Shown piece by piece: positions 35,047 through 43,960 of a stretch of DNA of 53,762 nucleotides. The stretch's first letter is position 1; every line of letters starts with the position of its first letter. The translations under genes were made by a program, and so were the position numbers. Source of the stretch: Flavobacteriales bacterium (GTDB taxonomy: Bacteria > Bacteroidota > Bacteroidia > Flavobacteriales_D > JAHECK01); NCBI GenBank assembly GCA_030591505.1, contig JAUVAY010000001.1:1-53762 (forward strand). Reading direction: 5' to 3'. The notes beneath the pieces are model-generated. The model saw nothing but the letters and a program-made list of their open reading frames with translations, was not told the origin of the DNA and ran no database searches.

Positions 35047-36940
35047 CTCTTGTCGCACGTAGGCGATTTTCAATCATTCTGTTATTGTATTGCTGTTCAA
35101 AACCTCGTTGAAGACGAAGTAAATCTGAATAATTTTCTGCTTCTAGTTTATTGCTTTTTAATAGACTATCTTCTCTATAAAGATAGAGTGCTTTGGCTTG
35201 ATCTTCTTCTATTTGAAGTAAATAACTCGAATCCAATATCTGAATTATATTATTATAATAATTTACAGCAAAAGGGTGTTCAGCCGGCTGAAATACTGAA
35301 TTCCCAAAACAAAGAACAGAATCACTTATCCCCAAGTAATGTAAAATGGAGGGGAATATATCCGTTTGTTGAACTGGAAACCTTTCTGACCGCATATGTA
35401 ATAATGAATCTGCAGGCGCATAAAATGCAATGGGAATACTGTACTGTCCTAAGCTATTTTGATAAATCGCAGACGATCCCTCACTGGTATGGTCCGCAAC
35501 GATCACAAATAGTGTATTAGCAAACCAATCTTTCTCTTTAGCACTGGCAAAGTATTTTTTAAGTGCCAGATCGGTATAAGCAATAGACTCTTGAATCTCT
35601 AATTTTCCATTAGGCAATGTTCCTTTATACTTTTCGGGTATGCTATACGGGTGATGAGAAGACAAAGTAAATACAGCAGCCAAAAATGGTTCGGGAAAAT
35701 CACTTGTCATCTCAGAAAAGTAAGACAAATACTCTTCATCCCATATCCCCCAATTACCATCAAAATCTTCAGCATTCGGGTATTCATTTAGTCCATAATA
35801 TGTTTGAAACCCTGACGCTTGAGTATATGCATCAAAACTCATCGTTCCATTTTTACCCCCATGAAAAAAAGCTGTTTCATAATTATTTTCACCCAATGTC
35901 ATTGCCAAGCCCTCAATTTGATTTGCCGCATAAGGTCCGTTCAAAAACGATTCATTAGATAAGGTCGGGAGTGAAGACAAAATCGCTGGAATTCCTTCAA
36001 TACTCCTTTTACCATTGGCTGTAGCGTTAAAAACCAAACTCTTTTCAAATAGACTATCTAAAAAGGGGGTATAGGTTTTTTTCTTTGATAAATAGCCTAT
36101 GTGTTCACTTGAAAAACTCTCAAGAATAATTACCACAACATTTTTAATGTTTCGAGGCACATTAGGAAGCGGTTCATAAGATTTAATGGGCGAATATACC
36201 TGCTCTAATTCCTTTTCATCAAAGTAGGAAATCTTTTGTAAGCCCGCTTGGCCATAGGATTTAATAATGGTAAAAGGTGTGTTAAGAACCAAGGGTCTTA
36301 ATTGAGAGGGAGCATGTAAGCTAGCGCTGACAATTGTTAATGGTACTAATTGTACACCACCTCTTATTCCTAAAACGGTTAGGCCTGTCCACATTATAAA
36401 AAAGATACTGTTTCGAAGAAAAAAGCTGAAATTTGCCTTTTCTACTCTATCGTTTAATCGAATTCTTCTATAAAAAATGATCAATCCGGACAGTAAAAAA
36501 ATTCCTGTAAGAACTATATACCAATAATCAATTATAAAAGTGGGAATCAACTCAACAAAGCCTCCATTACCTTCTAAAAAATTGAAAATATCAAAGGTCA
36601 TTCGCTTTAAGGTAAAGCGATAATAAATAGCGTCGGATAAATTAAAGATAACAGCAATTGATACAACAAGAATTGTGATCGTATTAATAAGCCTTTGATA
36701 AATTTTGTGCTTCCGAAATGGTAGGGCTAAAGTATTCCCAACGATAAGTAGTGAAGCGATAATTGACAAGGTGCTTATGTCAAACCTAAATCCCATAAAG
36801 TAAACGTGAGCGATTTCACCAAAAGAATAACCGTCGAACAAAGAGCTATTAAAAATATATAAGCTTATTCGTGATATACTCAGGATGAATAAAATAAGTA
36901 GCAGACGTAAAATTAAAACAGTCTGAACACTTTTTTTCAT
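35039..36940 (-). CDS. LtaS-family phosphoglycerol transferase (membrane-anchored sulfatase-fold)
   Basis: 633 aa with about 5 N-terminal TM helices followed by an alkaline-phosphatase/sulfatase-fold domain (VVIILESFSSE ... ADHTSEG). Confidence 0.8.
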   Translation of the reverse strand: MKKSVQTVLILRLLLILFILSISRISLYIFNSSLFDGYSFGEIAHVYFMGFRFDISTLSIIASLLIVGNTLALPFRKHKIYQRLINTITILVVSIAVIFNLSDAIYYRFTLKRMTFDIFNFLEGNGGFVELIPTFIIDYWYIVLTGIFLLSGLIIFYRRIRLNDRVEKANFSFFLRNSIFFIMWTGLTVLGIRGGVQLVPLTIVSASLHAPSQLRPLVLNTPFTIIKSYGQAGLQKISYFDEKELEQVYSPIKSYEPLPNVPRNIKNVVVIILESFSSEHIGYLSKKKTYTPFLDSLFEKSLVFNATANGKRSIEGIPAILSSLPTLSNESFLNGPYAANQIEGLAMTLGENNYETAFFHGGKNGTMSFDAYTQASGFQTYYGLNEYPNAEDFDGNWGIWDEEYLSYFSEMTSDFPEPFLAAVFTLSSHHPYSIPEKYKGTLPNGKLEIQESIAYTDLALKKYFASAKEKDWFANTLFVIVADHTSEGSSAIYQNSLGQYSIPIAFYAPADSLLHMRSERFPVQQTDIFPSILHYLGISDSVLCFGNSVFQPAEHPFAVNYYNNIIQILDSSYLLQIEEDQAKALYLYREDSLLKSNKLEAENYSDLLRLQRGFEQQYNNRMIENRLRATRDE

Positions 36941-37150
36941 AATCTAAATGATCTATTTAATTGTGGGTGAAATTAAATGAAAATAGCGGATCTTCGATAT
37001 CACAAGCTATTCTACTCCAGATCCCTTTAATAACCTCATTTTGCATAATTATTAATATTTAGAAGAAATACCTATCCGCGCTCCTTTTTTATTAGAATCG
37101 TTTTTTAATGCTGCTTTTTGTAATTTTCTTACCCAAACTTACAAAGGTTA

Positions 37151-38131
37151 ATGCTTCAAAATAAATCTGACGAGTGCTTTAATTGCGGAAATAAATTAGA
37201 AGATGATGAGAATTTTTGTCCGGATTGTGGGCAAAAAAACACGGATCTGAATATTTCTTTGGCTGAGATTTCGAAAGAATTTGCCGGTGATTATTTTACT
37301 TTCGATTCAAAATTCTTTGTAACCCTTATCCCTCTTCTCTTTAAGCCGGGTAAGGTTCCTAAGGAATACATCGATGGCAAAAGAGTAAAGCACATTCCAC
37401 CCTTGCGTATATTTATATTTCTTTCATTCATCACCTTCTTTCTTTGGGGCTCATCTTTTAATAGTACTGATGTTCTTATGGGCGACAAAACAATCGATAA
37501 TTTAGCAGATAGTATATCGACAAATCAAGCTTTTGTTGATTCTATAAATATCGCTGAGAATATTGATTTGAGAATTCAAAATGACTCTTCCGTCTCTGAT
37601 ACGGCTATGAGTGATGGTTTATTGTTCCTTCTCGATAAGAAAAATGATCCGATGATGATTGCAGATTCTCTTGTAGGTGACAGTAGTGAGTTTCTTAAAA
37701 AGGTTGTTTATCAAGGTTTACGTATGTACCAGGCAGAAAAAGGCACAGTAAAGAAATATTTCATGGAAAATATTTCTATCGTTCTCCTCTTGGTTCAACC
37801 CTTTTTTGCCTTACTACTTAAACTCGTTTACATCCGTAGAAATAACTTCTATTATATAGAACATCTCGTTTTCTCCCTCTACCTACACGCTTTCGTCCTT
37901 TTTGCGAGTATATTGTTATACATTCTTACTTTCTATTTCGACATCGACTTCTTACTCCCTTGGTTTATGTTGCTATTTGTTATCTATCTAACATTAGCCT
38001 TAAAGCATTTTTTTAATCAACGGTGGTTCAAGACGATAATAAAAAGTATGATAATTTCATTTACTTATTTATTTACTATGCTTCCGATATTTGTCTTATT
38101 CTACTTGTTTATCAGCATGTATTTTTACTAA
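37151..38131 (+). CDS. DUF3667-like membrane protein with N-terminal zinc ribbon
   Basis: CFNCGN...CPDCGQ zinc ribbon followed by several TM helices. Confidence 0.6.
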   Translation: MLQNKSDECFNCGNKLEDDENFCPDCGQKNTDLNISLAEISKEFAGDYFTFDSKFFVTLIPLLFKPGKVPKEYIDGKRVKHIPPLRIFIFLSFITFFLWGSSFNSTDVLMGDKTIDNLADSISTNQAFVDSINIAENIDLRIQNDSSVSDTAMSDGLLFLLDKKNDPMMIADSLVGDSSEFLKKVVYQGLRMYQAEKGTVKKYFMENISIVLLLVQPFFALLLKLVYIRRNNFYYIEHLVFSLYLHAFVLFASILLYILTFYFDIDFLLPWFMLLFVIYLTLALKHFFNQRWFKTIIKSMIISFTYLFTMLPIFVLFYLFISMYFY

Positions 38132-38135
38132 CTTA

Positions 38136-38537
38136 ATGGCTATGAAAAAATTGAATAGAACAAAGGTATCTTCCGGTGCAAAATGGGAGAACATTGTGGG
38201 TTATAGTCGTGGAGTTAAAGTAGGAAACACTATTGAAATTGCAGGAACTACAGCGATGAATCAAAACAATGAGGTTGAGGGTAAAGGTGATGTATATAAA
38301 CAAAGTAAGTTCATTATCAATATTGCAGAAAAGGCGTTAAAAGAGCTTGGTGCATCACTAAGTGATGTTGTTCGTACTCGTATATTCACTACAGACATAA
38401 GTCAATGGGAAGAAATTGGCAGAGCACATGGCGAGTTTTTCAAGGACATTAAACCGGTTTCAACAATGGTTGAAGTAAATAAGTTAATCAATCAAGATAT
38501 CTTAGTTGAAATTGAGTTTACGGCTATTTGTAGCTAG
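38136..38537 (+). CDS. RidA/YjgF-family protein
   Basis: YSRGVKVGNTIEIAGTTA ... VRTRIFTTD ... VEIEFTA motifs. The start is ATG 38136 or 38142. The track's 38091 start would overlap the upstream gene. Confidence 0.75.
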   Translation: MAMKKLNRTKVSSGAKWENIVGYSRGVKVGNTIEIAGTTAMNQNNEVEGKGDVYKQSKFIINIAEKALKELGASLSDVVRTRIFTTDISQWEEIGRAHGEFFKDIKPVSTMVEVNKLINQDILVEIEFTAICS

Positions 38538-38607
38538 AAAAATTAACAAATCTCATATTTTAAGACCGAAATTTGGTTTTATATTTGCGTCTTCAAAATA
38601 ACTAGCT

Positions 38608-39477
38608 ATGCCAATTGATCTAAGTTTGAAAGTAGATGTTGTAGAAAACATCAGTAAAGAAGAGTTTCAGCGCAAATACATGAAACCTCAAAAGCCTGTT
38701 ATTATTCGTAATTTTTATGGAAAAGATGCTCCATTGTATTCAAAATGGAGCTTTGAATATTTCGCAAAAGAATTAGGCGATCTGGATGTTGGGATTTTTG
38801 ATGACGAGAGTTCCGATCGAGATGATAGCAAGTCCTATAAGAATGCTGATATGACCATGAAGTTTGGTGATTATTTGAATTTATTACAAAGTGGGCCTAC
38901 TCAAAAAAGAATATTCCTATTTAATATTTTCAAGCATTTACCAAGCATGAAAAAGGATATTACCTATCCTAATTTAGGTGTTAACTTTATAAAAAAGCTC
39001 CCTTTTGTTTTCTTTGGTGGAAAAGGTGCTATTACACGTATTCATCAAGATATGGATATGTCGAATGTATTTCTTACAGAGTTAAAAGGAAGAAAAAGAA
39101 TTGTATTATTTGATCCGAGTTACTCTGATCTACTATATCGTTATCCATTTGGTGTTCATAGTTCAATAGACCCTGACAAACCAGATTATGATCGTTTTCC
39201 CGGTTTAGAAAAGGTTAAAGGATATGAGTGTGAAATTGAAGCTGGTGATACCATATTTATGCCAAGTGCTTACTGGCATCATATTGAATATTTAGAAGGC
39301 TCGTTTGGTGTAGCGGTTCGATCGTTAAGTCCAACACATAAATTAAGAGGCTTGTATAATGTGGCTGTTTTAACACATTTAGATGAGGTTCTGCTTTATC
39401 TAATGGGAGACAAATGGTATAAAATGAAAGACGCTATTACAAGGAAAAGGGCCCAAAAAGCCATGAAAATAAACTAA
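38608..39477 (+). CDS. JmjC/cupin-like (Cupin_8) Fe(II)/2-oxoglutarate oxygenase-like protein
   Basis: HxD...H facial-triad contexts (RIHQDMD, YWHHIEY) in a cupin-sized protein. Confidence 0.7.
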   Translation: MPIDLSLKVDVVENISKEEFQRKYMKPQKPVIIRNFYGKDAPLYSKWSFEYFAKELGDLDVGIFDDESSDRDDSKSYKNADMTMKFGDYLNLLQSGPTQKRIFLFNIFKHLPSMKKDITYPNLGVNFIKKLPFVFFGGKGAITRIHQDMDMSNVFLTELKGRKRIVLFDPSYSDLLYRYPFGVHSSIDPDKPDYDRFPGLEKVKGYECEIEAGDTIFMPSAYWHHIEYLEGSFGVAVRSLSPTHKLRGLYNVAVLTHLDEVLLYLMGDKWYKMKDAITRKRAQKAMKIN

Positions 39478-39492
39478 TTCATTGACTATTAT

Positions 39493-39882
39493 TTGAGAAA
39501 AATACTTTCCATAACGCTTTTATTTTCTCTAATTCTACCCTATTTATTAAATGTAGCAATCATTGTCAACTTTAAAATTAATCAAGAATTTATTGCTAAA
39601 GTTCTTTGTATTGATAAGGATAAGCCCGAATCAAACTGCCATGGAACTTGTCAATTATCAAAGCAGCTAAGCGAAACGGATAATGATGATCCGAATAAAG
39701 AGCAAAACAAATTAAAGACAGAAGTTGAAACAAATTTGTTTCTACGATCACATCCAAAAAGTGTGAATACTTACGCTCTTGACGAAAATGAAGGTGACGC
39801 TAATGGCTACTATTGTGAATTTTATTCATCTACATACCTATCTGATATATTCAAACCCCCAGAATCTCATTTTATTTCTTAA
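39493..39882 (+). CDS. Hypothetical membrane-anchored small protein (Cys motif CIDKDKPESNCHGTCQL)
   Basis: 129 aa with an N-terminal TM helix. It has only a TTG start and no in-frame ATG. It lies immediately upstream of the TonB-dependent receptor. Confidence 0.45.
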   Translation: MRKILSITLLFSLILPYLLNVAIIVNFKINQEFIAKVLCIDKDKPESNCHGTCQLSKQLSETDNDDPNKEQNKLKTEVETNLFLRSHPKSVNTYALDENEGDANGYYCEFYSSTYLSDIFKPPESHFIS

Positions 39883-40003
39883 TTCTAGAAGGCTTTAAGC
39901 TGGATATCCTTTTCCTTAAGTACTCATCTCATTAGGGAAGAATTAAATCCCTATATCCAAAAAACAAATGGAAGTGGGTTCTTATAAAACTTAACGTAAT
40001 AAA

Positions 40004-42256
40004 ATGAAATTCAAATATACCTTAGCGATTTCGCTCTACTTGTTAGTGGGTGGACTTTTCGCACAATCTAAGCAACAAATAATACTACTCGACTTAGATG
40101 ATGCCTTACCCATAGTTGGTGCATCTTACCAATATGGAAACCAAAGTGGAATTACGAATGAAAATGGGATAATCTTTTTTAAATTAAAAGAAGGAAACAG
40201 CATGAAAGTATCCCATATAAACTATGGTTCATGGGAGTGGGAAGAAGAAGAGCTTCTACAAATAGCACAAAAACACGTTTATTACCGTGCAAGTGTAACG
40301 TTTAACCTATATCCAGTTACCGTAATAGAAGTAAGGCCTCAGGATAAGCAACCCGACGATGTGGTCTCTATTGATTATCAAGAAAAAATGGAGCATGATG
40401 CTGCCGCTATTCTTAATCAAATACCCGCTTTCAATAGTATTCGAAAAAGTGGAAACTACGGTTTTGATCCCGTGTTTAGAGGATACAAATACGAGCAATT
40501 AAATGTTGTTCTTAATGGTGCACAAAGCGCAACTGCTGCTTGTCCAAATAGAATGGACCCTCCTACAAGTCAGATGGCTCCAAATATGATGGACAGAATT
40601 GAAGTATTAAAAGGACCCTACGCATTGCGATATGGTACTGGGTTTGGTGCAACTATCAACTTTATTCCCTCTAAGCTTCAGTTTAGTGATTCAACAAATG
40701 TATATGGAAGGGTTTCAGCTGGATATAAAGGCAATGGAAACGTAGCAAGTGGTGAAGCGCAAGTGGGATTAAGTGGAAAGAAATATGACTTTAATTTATT
40801 TGGTTCTTGGTCTCAAGGAGATGATTATCTGTCAGGAAATGGAGATACTGTTCAAGCAGATTTTTCAAGAGGTAGTTTTGGTGCTAACCTTGGTTTAAAA
40901 TTATCTTCAAATCAGCAATTACGCCTTTCAGCAACGTATAATAGGGCACGAGATGCAGATTTTCCCGCCTTGCCAATGGATTTAAGAGAAGACGATACTT
41001 GGTTATTTAATGCGAGACATGATATTAATATAAATGGAAACAGTCTGCATTCTTGGAATACAACAATATTCGGATCTTTTGTAGACCATCTGATGGATAA
41101 CCTTCTTAAACCAATGAACCCTAGAACATTAAATGCTGAAACTTATGCGCAAACCTATAATTACGGAGCTAGAACAGAAAGTGTTTGGATTCTAGGAAAA
41201 GGGAAACTCTTTGGAGGGGCAGATCTTAGAGTAGAAGGTGCTGTGGGAACACGAGTAAGGGAATTTCTGATAGGGCCAAATGCAGGTAAAACAATAGAAG
41301 ACAACGCATGGCAGGATAGCAAAATAAGTAAAATTGGACTTTTTGGCGAATACCATTTAAAAACAAATGCCTTTAATTATGTATTCTCTGGACGTCTTGA
41401 ATTTAATACTGCCAATATTAATGACCCTAGTGATGAGTTTATTCAGGCTAATGGAGAGACCCAAGTAAATCAAATAAATCCTAGTTTAAGTTTTGGTCTT
41501 TTAAAACCCATTGCTACAGATATACAATTAGGTTTATGGCTAGGGAGATCCCAACGAAGTGGTGGCTTAACAGAACGCTATATTAATTACTTCCCGATAG
41601 GTCAAGACCCTTATGAAATGCTTGGAAATCCAGAATTGGAACCTGAAGTAAATAATCAAATTGACTTAACATTTGAATGGAAAAAGAAACAAACAGTAAT
41701 TAGTGTAGATGTTTTTGCTTCCTATATGCAAAATTATATTTCATCTGTTATTGATACCACCCTAAGTCCTCGATTACCCATGAGTCCTGGTGTTAGAAGA
41801 TACATTAATATCGATGATGCATTTAAAACAGGATTTGAGATAAGTTGGATTCAGGAACTGCCTCTAGGTTTACAACATCAATTGGGTGTTGCTTATACCT
41901 ATGCACAAGACCTAGTTAGAGAAGAGCCTTTGCCCGAAATACCACCAATGGATTTCCTCTACATTTTGTCAGGAAGTTATTTTAAGGATAAATTAAACCC
42001 TGAAATCGTTTTTCGCTATGTAACTGAACAATCCAGAATTTCGGAGGAATATAGAGAAACTATTACACCTGCCTTTGCGCTTTTAGACCTAAAAATAGGA
42101 TACAGGGTTACAAAAAAGTTGAAAGTTAATGTTGGTGTGAATAACCTAATTAACGAAAACTACTATGAACATTTGAGCAGGAATGTTAAAGGCACAATGG
42201 GGCCAATTTATGCTCCAGGTCGAAACTTTTTTGCCAATCTAAGCTTCTTGTTTTAA
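40004..42256 (+). CDS. TonB-dependent outer-membrane receptor
   Basis: 750 aa with a signal peptide, carboxypeptidase-regulatory-like N-terminus, plug domain (IEVLKGPYALRYG) and a beta-barrel ending in the aromatic terminus NLSFLF. Confidence 0.85.
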   Translation: MKFKYTLAISLYLLVGGLFAQSKQQIILLDLDDALPIVGASYQYGNQSGITNENGIIFFKLKEGNSMKVSHINYGSWEWEEEELLQIAQKHVYYRASVTFNLYPVTVIEVRPQDKQPDDVVSIDYQEKMEHDAAAILNQIPAFNSIRKSGNYGFDPVFRGYKYEQLNVVLNGAQSATAACPNRMDPPTSQMAPNMMDRIEVLKGPYALRYGTGFGATINFIPSKLQFSDSTNVYGRVSAGYKGNGNVASGEAQVGLSGKKYDFNLFGSWSQGDDYLSGNGDTVQADFSRGSFGANLGLKLSSNQQLRLSATYNRARDADFPALPMDLREDDTWLFNARHDININGNSLHSWNTTIFGSFVDHLMDNLLKPMNPRTLNAETYAQTYNYGARTESVWILGKGKLFGGADLRVEGAVGTRVREFLIGPNAGKTIEDNAWQDSKISKIGLFGEYHLKTNAFNYVFSGRLEFNTANINDPSDEFIQANGETQVNQINPSLSFGLLKPIATDIQLGLWLGRSQRSGGLTERYINYFPIGQDPYEMLGNPELEPEVNNQIDLTFEWKKKQTVISVDVFASYMQNYISSVIDTTLSPRLPMSPGVRRYINIDDAFKTGFEISWIQELPLGLQHQLGVAYTYAQDLVREEPLPEIPPMDFLYILSGSYFKDKLNPEIVFRYVTEQSRISEEYRETITPAFALLDLKIGYRVTKKLKVNVGVNNLINENYYEHLSRNVKGTMGPIYAPGRNFFANLSFLF

Positions 42257-42265
42257 TCAATTGAT

Positions 42266-42299
42266 GGGTGGGGTGCTATTGTGCCCTACCCTTTACTTT
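42266..42299 (+). terminator. Intrinsic terminator after the TonB receptor gene
   Basis: GGGTGGGGTGC-TATT-GTGCCCTACCC forms an 11 bp stem with three G-U pairs, valid only in + sense RNA, followed by TTTACTTTA. Confidence 0.55.
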
Positions 42300-42384
42300 A
42301 CACAATTAAAAATGTGTAAATAGGAAAACGCTATTACAAAAAAAAGGGCAAAAAGTACATTGGAAAAAGTGTGAGTACGGAGGG

Positions 42385-42446
42385 AAAAACAGTTTCTCGT
42401 GCAAGTAGATCGCTCTTGCTCTCTACTCACACTCTAAACTGTTTTT
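42385..42446 (-). terminator. Long interrupted hairpin terminator downstream of tRNA-Arg(CCT)
   Basis: AAAAACAGTTT / GTG / AGTAGA - 12 nt loop - TCTACT / CAC / AAACTGTTTTT. It is symmetric and ends in a T5 run in both senses. Confidence 0.6.
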
Positions 42447-42448
42447 AG

Positions 42449-42520
42449 TAGCCCCAGGCAGGATCGAACTGCCATCTAAAGTTTAGGAAACTTCTATTCT
42501 ATCCGTTGAACTATGGGGCT
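42449..42520 (-). tRNA. tRNA-Arg (anticodon CCT)
   Basis: Hand fold of the reverse complement: acceptor AGCCCCA/TGGGGCT, D stem GTTC/GAAT, anticodon stem GAAGT/ACTTT with loop TT-CCT-AA, 4-nt variable loop, T arm GGCAG-TTCGATC-CTGCC, discriminator A. 72 nt, CCA not encoded. Confidence 0.75.
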
Positions 42521-42526
42521 ATGTTA

Positions 42527-42609
42527 CAGTTGTCAGTTGTCAGTTGTCAGTTGTCAGTTGTCAGTTGTCAGTTGTCAGTTGTCAGTTGTCAGTTGTCAGT
42601 TGTCAGTTG
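42527..42609. repeat. Perfect heptanucleotide tandem repeat (CAGTTGT) x 11 plus a partial copy
   Basis: Counted directly: 11 exact 7-nt units at 42527-42603 plus CAGTTG at 42604-42609. An inverted 10-mer CTGACAACTG lies at 42635-42644. Confidence 0.95.
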
Positions 42610-42659
42610 CTTAACATAAAAATATTACTTAGTACTGACAACTGTCCACAGACTACTTT

Positions 42660-43853
42660 TTATATCACTTTCAATTCCTTACCAACTTTAATAAATGCGG
42701 CGATCGCTTTGTCTAAGTGTGCCTTTTCATGTGCTGCAGAGATCTGTACGCGTATTCTTGCTTTTCCTTTTGCAACAACCGGAAAAAAGAAGCCAATAAC
42801 ATAGATCCCTTCATCTAAAAGCATATTTGCCATCTTTTGCGAGAGTGCTGCATCATACAACATTACCGGGACAATTGCTGAGTCTCCTTTTACAATATCA
42901 AAACCCGCATCAGCCATCCCTGCTTTAAAATAAGCGGTATTTTCCATTAATTTATCTCTCAATTCTGTAGTCTCCGAAAGAAGATCGATAACAGCGATAG
43001 AAGCGCCTACAATAGAAGGGGCTAATGAATTAGAAAACAAATAAGGTCGTGATCGTTGGCGTAATATTTCAATTATTTCTTTCTTCCCCGTAGTGTATCC
43101 TCCCATAGCACCTCCAAGTGCTTTTCCAAAAGTACCTGTTACAATATCTATTCGGTCCATCACTCCACAGTGTTCCGGTGTTCCTCTTCCAGTATCTCCC
43201 ATAAAACCTGCGGCGTGGCATTCATCTACCATAACCATGGCGTCGTATTTATCCGCTAAGTCACAGATACCAGCTAGATCTGCAACTACGCCATCCATAC
43301 TGAATACACCATCCGTAACCACAATCTTATTTCGAAACCCTTGCTTATTTGCTTCGATCAATTGCTCTTCCAAGCTATCCATATTATTGTTCTTATAACG
43401 GAACCTTCCAGCTTTACATAATCGAACACCATCAATAATAGAAGCATGGTTTAATTCATCACTAATAATTGCATCTTCGGCACTTAACAGAGGCTCAAAT
43501 ACTCCTCCATTTGCATCAAAAGCGGCAGCGTATAGAATGGTATCTTCAAAACCATAGAAATCAGCTACCTTTTGTTCTAATTCCTTATGAATATCCTGCG
43601 TTCCACATATAAACCGAACCGATGACATTCCGAAACCATGTGTATCGAGTGTTTTCTTGGCTGCTTCGATAACTTTTGGATGAGAACTCAATCCTAAGTA
43701 ATTATTTGCACAAAAATTGATTACCGTTTCACCGGTTGAGACGGTAATTTCTGCTCCTTGAGGAGAGGTTATTACTCGTTCACTTTTATATAGTCCAGCC
43801 TCTTCAATACTTTTTAACTCGGCTGCTAATTGATCTTTTATTTTACCGTACAT
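42660..43853 (-). CDS. kbl: Glycine C-acetyltransferase (2-amino-3-ketobutyrate CoA ligase)
   Basis: 397 aa PLP-dependent alpha-oxoamine synthase with the [12 protein letters not shown]-lysine context and high overall resemblance to Kbl. Confidence 0.9.
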   Translation of the reverse strand: MYGKIKDQLAAELKSIEEAGLYKSERVITSPQGAEITVSTGETVINFCANNYLGLSSHPKVIEAAKKTLDTHGFGMSSVRFICGTQDIHKELEQKVADFYGFEDTILYAAAFDANGGVFEPLLSAEDAIISDELNHASIIDGVRLCKAGRFRYKNNNMDSLEEQLIEANKQGFRNKIVVTDGVFSMDGVVADLAGICDLADKYDAMVMVDECHAAGFMGDTGRGTPEHCGVMDRIDIVTGTFGKALGGAMGGYTTGKKEIIEILRQRSRPYLFSNSLAPSIVGASIAVIDLLSETTELRDKLMENTAYFKAGMADAGFDIVKGDSAIVPVMLYDAALSQKMANMLLDEGIYVIGFFFPVVAKGKARIRVQISAAHEKAHLDKAIAAFIKVGKELKVI

Positions 43854-43905
43854 ATGCAGAAATTTTTAGACCGCTAATTTACTTAATATTTATAGTTCGT
43901 TCATT

Positions 43906-43933
43906 AAAAAAGGCCCGTATAGGGCCCTTTTTT
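43906..43933 (-). terminator. Intrinsic terminator (A-run / GGCCC-GTATA-GGGCC / T-run)
   Basis: A GC stem flanked by A6 and T6 runs, downstream of the minus-strand gene ending at 43961. It is formally bidirectional. Confidence 0.65.
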
Positions 43934-43960
43934 AATTGTATAACATAAGTGCTGATATTT

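Noticed and set aside
42527-42609. Tandem array considered as a CRISPR or minisatellite-encoded peptide
   Set aside because: The unit is 7 nt with no spacers and there are no cas genes. It is a simple-sequence repeat, not a CRISPR array.
42544-42804. 86 aa ORF starting MSVVSCQLSVVSCQLSVVSCQL
   Set aside because: It is merely the translation of the heptanucleotide array, which cycles through three frames, and it then runs antisense into the kbl 3' end. It has no coding signal.
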